From contig JAYZAY010000013.1 of the NCBI GenBank assembly GCA_036339465.1, positions 1 to 21,281 of the forward strand: 21,281 nucleotides of DNA, read 5' to 3'. This document shows positions 15,787 to 21,281 of this stretch, piece after piece. Source of the stretch: Myxococcota bacterium. GTDB lineage: Bacteria > Myxococcota > XYA12-FULL-58-9 > JABJBS01. Under the pieces are notes generated by a model that was given only the letters and a program-made list of their open reading frames with translations, did no database searches and had not been told where the DNA came from. The first letter of the stretch is position 1; every line of letters starts with the position of its first letter. The translations under genes and the position numbers were made by a program.

Positions 15787-18700
15787 TTACCACCACCGTT
15801 TGTTTAGGGTTGGATGGGGCCAAAAAATGGCCACCCTGTCCCTCCAATACTCGCTTGTAGTCTAGCGGCATGACCTTAACAAAAGACTCCAAGGAGGACG
15901 CCCAATCCGATAAAATTTCTCGCGCAATTTCCGAACCCGTATGACGAAAGTGTAGAGCAACCAGCGCTCTCAACTCAAGCCGGTCCGCCGCGGTCGAAAT
16001 CTTCTCCAATTCAACCATCTCGTGATTACAGTTCTGAGACAACTTCTTTTTGGGATCCCACACATAGGCAATCCCGCCAGACATACCCGCCGCAAAGTTA
16101 CGCCCGGTCGGTCCAAGAACCACAATCCTACCACCAGTCATATATTCGCACCCGTGATCGCCCACACCTTCCACAACCGCCTTGGCCCCACTATTGCGCA
16201 CCCCAAAACGCTCCGCAGCAATGCCCTTCAAAAAGACCATTCCACCTGTTGCACCGTAGAGACAGACGTTACCAACCAAGACGTTGTTCTCGGGCAGAAA
16301 GGTCGAATCTTTAGGAGGCTGAACAATGATTTTCCCCCCCGATAGCCCTTTGCCAACATAGTCATTGGCATCCCCTTCCAGATTCAAAGTCACGCCACTC
16401 GCCAACCAAGCACCAAAACTTTGTCCTGCTGATCCTTGGATATCAATCCAAATAGTATCTTCGGGCAGCATGTTCCCGCCCCATCGACCAACAACACGGT
16501 GACTTAAAAGCGCGCCCACAACCCGGTCTGTATTGGAAATTTTTGCTTCGAAACGAACTGGCGCCCCCTTTCGAAGGGCCTCCTCCGACTTCCGAATGAA
16601 CACATGGTCCAATGCCTTTTCCAAGCCATGATCCTGACTTTGATTACAGGTCACCTCTACCTCATCTTTGGGTTTAAGTGCTGGCAACAAAATATTTGAC
16701 AAATTCAAGGTTCCCCCTTTCCAAGTTGCTAAGCTCTTTTCTTCCTTTAATAAATCCACTCGCCCAACAACTTCCTTTAGGCGTTTGAAACCAAGGCTGG
16801 CGAGAATCTCGCGAACCTCCTCTGCAACCATAAAAAGATAGTTCACCACGTGCTCGGGAGCACCCTCAAACTTTTTCCGTAGTTCTGGATCCTGGGTCGC
16901 AATACCCACTGGACAAGTATTAAGATGACACTTTCTCATCATAATACACCCCATTGAAACCAGAGGCGCGGTGCTAAAGCCAAATTCCTCTGCTCCTAAA
17001 ATGGCACCAATCACCACATCCCGCCCAGTTTTTAACTGCCCATCCACTTGAACAACGACCCTAGAACGCAGGTCGTTCATCACGAGGGTCTGATGCACCT
17101 CTGCCAAACCTAATTCCCAAGGGAGTCCCGCATGTTTGATAGACGTAAGCGGAGACGCACCAGTACCACCTGCGGCACTCGAAATGAGGATGTGGTCCGC
17201 ATGGGCCTTCGTAACACCAGCTGCAACGGTCCCAACACCAACTTCAGACACCAACTTAACACTGATCCTAGCGTTTGGATTGGCGTGCTTCAAATCCTGA
17301 ATCAACTGCTTTAGGTCCTCAATAGAATAGATATCATGGTGTGGAGGCGGACTAATCAAACCAACACCCGGCGTAGAATATCTGATATTGGCAATATTGT
17401 AATCAACCTTCCGCCCCGGAAGTTCTCCTCCTTCACCCGGTTTGGCGCCCTGAGCAATCTTAATTTGGATTTCATCCGCATTATAGAGGTACCATATATT
17501 AACTCCGAAACGCCCTGACGCGACTTGTTTAATGGCTGAGCGCTTGGAGTCTCCATTTTCCAACGGCATAAATCGCTGCGGATCTTCCCCACCTTCACCG
17601 GTATTTGATTTACCACCCAATCGATTCATAGCCACCGCAAGAGATTCATGGCTTTCCGCAGAGATCGACCCAAAGCTCATCGCACCAGTTACAAACTTCT
17701 TAACGATTTCCTCCGCAGGCTCCACCTCGCCCACAGAGGTTGGGTTGATGGAATCTGTATATGAGAGTAGTCCCCGCAACTCGCACCGCCCAGTCATGGT
17801 ATTCGCCCTCTGGGAAAATCGCTTATATGCTTCTCGATTGTTGGTCCTAGCTGCTTCCTGAAGACTGGCAATGGAGTTCGGTTCCCACATATGCTCTTCA
17901 CCACCCGAGCGCCAATGCACCAGGCCCTGGTTGCCAAGCCCACTCACTTGGGCAGTAACTGTCTGTGGATATCCAAACGCGTGCTGCAATTCCCATTCAG
18001 TGGCCAATTCGCCAAAGCCCAAACCACCAATCCTGCTTGCAGTACCGGAAAAACAAGATTCAATCACTTGCTCGCCCAATCCCAATGCCTCAAAGATCTG
18101 GGCCCCCTTATAGCTCTTGAGAGTTGAGATTCCCATTTTCGCCATGACCTTGAGGATCCCTTTGCCCGCGGCTTTACGGTAGAGTTCCTCTAGTGCATCG
18201 TGATTATTGACATCGATGTCCTTCAACAATCCAGAGTCGAGGCGGAGGCACAATGAATCCAATGCCAAATACGGATAAATTGCATCGGCCCCGTATCCAA
18301 CCAACAAACAAAAATGGTGGACCTCCCGTGCCTCTCCTGTTTCGACGAGCAACCCAGCCTGAGTTCTCTTACCCTTCTTTACTAAATGATGATGAACAGC
18401 CCCACAAGCTGCCAACGCACTGATGGCCAACCGATCTCTGCCCACCTTACGGTCGGTCAGAATCACAAAGGCATAGCCCGAATCGACCGCTTTCTCCGAC
18501 TCTTTGCAAATTTCGGCCAAAGCTTCTTCTAGACCAGCAGCCCCGGTATAACGAGGCCAGGTGATATCCACCGTCACCGATTTAAGACCATGGGTATCGA
18601 TCGCTTTTAATCTTGCAAAATCACGAGTCCCCAAAATGGGGTGCTCCAAAACAACTCTTCTAGAATCCTCCCCTTTTGCCACCAAAAGATTGCCCTCAGG

Positions 18701-20347
18701 TCCTATGGGACACTGAAGCGACATAATCACCTCTTCTCGAATTGGATCGATGGGTGGATTTGTAACTTGGGCAAAGAGTTGACGAAAATAATCGTAGAGC
18801 AACCTCGGTTTCTCCGACAAACAAGCCAAAGCCAAATCGTTACCCATTGAACTAATGGGGTCCCTCTTTTCACTGAGCATCGGCTCCAAGAAAAACTTGA
18901 ACGTCTCATCGGTAAAGCCCGCGGCTTTGAGCCTCGCGGCCAATTGTTCCTCAGGCACACGTAAATAAGAGACAGCTTGGGGCAAATCAGACAGGCGGAT
19001 CCGTTCCTTGCCCAACCAACTCCCGTACGGCTCCTTAGAAGCATACGCGTCTTTCAGATCTTCGTCGGCAATTAACCGACCCTCGGCAAAATCAACCAAA
19101 AACATCCGACCTGGCTGTAGGCGGCCTTTGTGTTCGATCATCTCCGGTGGAACAGAAACCACACCCACCTCTGATGCCATGATCACGCGATCATCTTTGG
19201 TCAGATAATAACGACTTGGTCTTAGGCCATTGCGGTCAAGAACTGCACCTACATATCGGCCATCGGTAAACGCCACAGATGCCGGACCATCCCACGGCTC
19301 CATTTTATTGGAATAGAACTCGTAGAAAGCACGCCGTTTCGGAGATATCAACGTGTGATTTTCCCAAGCTTCTGGCACCATCATCATCACTGCCTGCGGT
19401 AAATCATACCCAGACATCACCAGATACTCGAGCACGTTATCAAATGTCCCAGAATCGGACAAAGCGGGCTCGCACACCGGCAGCGTACCCTCTAAATCGG
19501 CAGGGAGGCTCGTCTCCATCCTCCCTTGTCGACCTCGAATGAAATTCTTATTTCCTCGGAGCGTATTAATCTCTCCATTGTGTGACATCATCCGATTAGG
19601 CTGAGCCCGGTGCCAGGCGGGAAAGGTATTGGTGGAAAATCGAGAGTGGACCATGGCCAAACACGACTCAAAGTCAACGGCACGAAGGTCTGAAAAGAGC
19701 AAAGGCAACTGGTAGGGCGCCAGCATTCCCTTATAAATGAGAGTTCTGGAACTCATAGACACACAATAAACTTCAGGATCACCGTCCTCGGCCCCATAGC
19801 CAGCATAGTGATTTGTCAGACGTTTCCGTAGGGCAAAAAGGCGCCTCTCGAAGCAAGACTTGCCAGGCGCAAGGTCCTCAACAATCACCTGACGAATGGT
19901 CGGGATAGAGTTTAACGCGGTTGGCCCCAAATCTGCCGCTCCCGAATCTAGGGGCACCTCCCTAAAACCCACGACCTCTACATTCACTTCCAGTGCCATC
20001 AATTTGAACTTTCGTTCAAACTCTTCCAAGAAGTCTGGCTCTGTCGGAAGGAAAAACATCCCCACACCAAACGCGCCTGCTTCAGGCAGGGCCCGGTCAA
20101 AGTCCTCTCCCACGATACGCCTGATGAAACTCTCGGGCATCGCCACTAAAATTCCCGAACCATCACCGGTGTTTTTTTCAGCTCCGTACGCCCCCCGGTG
20201 GTCCATGCGCTCCAACATATCCAGCGCATCGGTCACAATCACCCTGCTAGGAACACCTCGAATATTTGCCACAAAACCAACGCCGCAGCTGTCTCTTTCC
20301 TGCGACGCGTCATAAAGTCCGTATTTCTTTGGTTGCTTAAAAGTCAT
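15779..20347 (-). CDS. gltB: Glutamate synthase large (alpha) subunit
   Basis: ERDS-CGVGF (Ntn nucleophile Cys), [86 protein letters not shown], 3Fe-4[17 protein letters not shown]-terminal GXGXG domain. Confidence 0.98.
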   Translation of the reverse strand: MTFKQPKKYGLYDASQERDSCGVGFVANIRGVPSRVIVTDALDMLERMDHRGAYGAEKNTGDGSGILVAMPESFIRRIVGEDFDRALPEAGAFGVGMFFLPTEPDFLEEFERKFKLMALEVNVEVVGFREVPLDSGAADLGPTALNSIPTIRQVIVEDLAPGKSCFERRLFALRKRLTNHYAGYGAEDGDPEVYCVSMSSRTLIYKGMLAPYQLPLLFSDLRAVDFESCLAMVHSRFSTNTFPAWHRAQPNRMMSHNGEINTLRGNKNFIRGRQGRMETSLPADLEGTLPVCEPALSDSGTFDNVLEYLVMSGYDLPQAVMMMVPEAWENHTLISPKRRAFYEFYSNKMEPWDGPASVAFTDGRYVGAVLDRNGLRPSRYYLTKDDRVIMASEVGVVSVPPEMIEHKGRLQPGRMFLVDFAEGRLIADEDLKDAYASKEPYGSWLGKERIRLSDLPQAVSYLRVPEEQLAARLKAAGFTDETFKFFLEPMLSEKRDPISSMGNDLALACLSEKPRLLYDYFRQLFAQVTNPPIDPIREEVIMSLQCPIGPEGNLLVAKGEDSRRVVLEHPILGTRDFARLKAIDTHGLKSVTVDITWPRYTGAAGLEEALAEICKESEKAVDSGYAFVILTDRKVGRDRLAISALAACGAVHHHLVKKGKRTQAGLLVETGEAREVHHFCLLVGYGADAIYPYLALDSLCLRLDSGLLKDIDVNNHDALEELYRKAAGKGILKVMAKMGISTLKSYKGAQIFEALGLGEQVIESCFSGTASRIGGLGFGELATEWELQHAFGYPQTVTAQVSGLGNQGLVHWRSGGEEHMWEPNSIASLQEAARTNNREAYKRFSQRANTMTGRCELRGLLSYTDSINPTSVGEVEPAEEIVKKFVTGAMSFGSISAESHESLAVAMNRLGGKSNTGEGGEDPQRFMPLENGDSKRSAIKQVASGRFGVNIWYLYNADEIQIKIAQGAKPGEGGELPGRKVDYNIANIRYSTPGVGLISPPPHHDIYSIEDLKQLIQDLKHANPNARISVKLVSEVGVGTVAAGVTKAHADHILISSAAGGTGASPLTSIKHAGLPWELGLAEVHQTLVMNDLRSRVVVQVDGQLKTGRDVVIGAILGAEEFGFSTAPLVSMGCIMMRKCHLNTCPVGIATQDPELRKKFEGAPEHVVNYLFMVAEEVREILASLGFKRLKEVVGRVDLLKEEKSLATWKGGTLNLSNILLPALKPKDEVEVTCNQSQDHGLEKALDHVFIRKSEEALRKGAPVRFEAKISNTDRVVGALLSHRVVGRWGGNMLPEDTIWIDIQGSAGQSFGAWLASGVTLNLEGDANDYVGKGLSGGKIIVQPPKDSTFLPENNVLVGNVCLYGATGGMVFLKGIAAERFGVRNSGAKAVVEGVGDHGCEYMTGGRIVVLGPTGRNFAAGMSGGIAYVWDPKKKLSQNCNHEMVELEKISTAADRLELRALVALHFRHTGSEIAREILSDWASSLESFVKVMPLDYKRVLEGQGGHFLAPSNPKQTVVVSG

Positions 20348-20480
20348 CGCCTATTTACCCACCTATGCATGAAATACCTTACGCCTGGTTTTTGGAGCCG
20401 CCGGTCCAAAAAAACAACACCGAGCGGTCTACTCTTACCAATGGCAATCAAAAGCCGGGATATTCATGTCCCCTACCGAC

Positions 20481-20509
20481 ACACTGCGTCAATCAGGTTT
20501 ACCTGTCAA
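20481..20509 (-). promoter_or_regulatory. Putative gltBD promoter with overlapping palindrome
   Basis: Minus strand TTGACA (20509-20504), 17 nt spacer, weak -10 CAGTGT (20486-20481); inverted repeat CAGGT-TT-ACCTG at 20494-20505 overlaps the -35 and spacer. Confidence 0.35.
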
Positions 20510-20705
20510 GGGCTTTCCCAACCCGGGCTATAATTGACCAAATCCGATACAGCACGCAAGGGTTCTGTGAATATCGTTATTTAATCCACAAAAATGAGGC
20601 CTCATCTTTCCGAACAAAGTTCGGGTTCTCCCCATTAGTGGTTGACCAAAGCCCCGTCCAATCAGTACAAGAGTGTACCAACGCCGGCTGTCAGGGGAGG
20701 TTTAA

Positions 20706-21281
20706 ATGTCGACATTAACCGGGTCACTCGGAACCATTTTGACTTGTTTTGCAGCGACCATGGCGGCTGCCACCATGGTGAACTGTGGAGACCCCAACCC
20801 CTACGTCAATAAACCCCAACCCTACGACTATTGTGGGGAAAAAGCGCCTGATTCAAAATGCTTTGCAGAAAAACGGCCACACAATTCAGACCTCGGTCAA
20901 CTCGCAATAAAATTGGCTGACTCTCAGATGGGGACCAAGAAAATCACGGCTCGTCCCTGGAATTGGGAGGACGCGGTTTTCATGTACGGCATCCAGGTAC
21001 TCCACCGCGTTACCGGAGCAGAACGTTACAAAAACTACCTCAGTGACTGGATCGAACATCACCTCGAACGGGGTGTCAAAATTGGCAGCAGCGACTCACT
21101 CGCGCCTTGCTCCACTGTGGCCTATCTTTCAGGTATTTCTAACCCGGCCAATACCTACGGTTCCTTATTATTGGATGCCAAGGATTACCTTGCAAACCGA
21201 GTGTCCCGAACACCAGACGGCGGAATTAATCATCTAGGTAGCCTCGAGGAACTCGGGGTCACCTTGTGGGTCGACTCACTT
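20706..21281 (+). CDS. Glycoside hydrolase family 105/88 (YteR-like unsaturated glycuronyl hydrolase), probable lipoprotein, N-terminal 192 aa, runs off the window edge
   Basis: Manual translation: GGGGAGG RBS, ATG 20706, open to the end: MSTLTGSLGTILTCFAATMAAATMVNC-GDP...PWNWEDAVFMYGI...RYKNYLSDWIE...SSDSLAP...SRTPDGGINH...TLWVDSL. W-x-W-x-x-G/A-V, RT-x-D/E-GG-x-x-H and W-x-D-x-L are GH105 hallmarks. Not in the ORF track. Confidence 0.82.
   Translation, partial: MSTLTGSLGTILTCFAATMAAATMVNCGDPNPYVNKPQPYDYCGEKAPDSKCFAEKRPHNSDLGQLAIKLADSQMGTKKITARPWNWEDAVFMYGIQVLHRVTGAERYKNYLSDWIEHHLERGVKIGSSDSLAPCSTVAYLSGISNPANTYGSLLLDAKDYLANRVSRTPDGGINHLGSLEELGVTLWVDSL

Noticed and set aside
20348..20480. 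Glutamine (glnA-type) riboswitch upstream of gltB or amtB
   Set aside because: I could not find the expected CGUU...GGAAG...GAAGGAACG core in either leader.
12611..20533. Numerous short alternative-frame ORFs within amtB, gltD and gltB
   Set aside because: Shadows of highly conserved genes; no independent evidence.
20610..20624. Gram-positive-type LexA box CGAAC-N-GTTCG
   Set aside because: The spacer is 3 nt instead of 4, and the flanking genes are not SOS genes.
20791..20826. Near-duplicate ACCCCAACCC(C)TACG in the GH105 linker
   Set aside because: Only two imperfect copies encoding a Pro-rich linker (DPNPY/KPQPY); not an array or CRISPR repeat.
21043..21237. 64-aa plus-strand ORF from the track
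   Set aside because: Out-of-frame overlap with the GH105-like reading frame that starts at 20706.

Overview
Bacterial chromosomal window of roughly balanced GC, with no CRISPR array, tRNA/rRNA or mobile element that I can see. Left half, minus-strand lipid genes: a truncated alkyl-DHAP synthase (AGPS)-like FAD enzyme missed by the ORF track (<1..556), an 1815-aa single-chain BC-BCCP-central-CT acyl-CoA carboxylase with eukaryotic-ACC-like layout, and a FATP/SLC27-type long-chain acyl-CoA synthetase. A divergent operon of three uncharacterised genes (6554..9325) interrupts them. Its last gene is a probable lipoprotein with gasdermin-like strand motifs (my inference) and a Lys-rich then (Glu4-Tyr)n tail. 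Right half, a nitrogen assimilation block: gltB-gltD, then a sigma54-type promoter ahead of amtB-glnK (P-II lacking Tyr51) and a SAM methyltransferase with an internal G9 tract. A truncated GH105/GH88-like probable lipoprotein, also missed by the ORF track, starts at 20706. All family calls are from motif recognition by eye; no searches were run.
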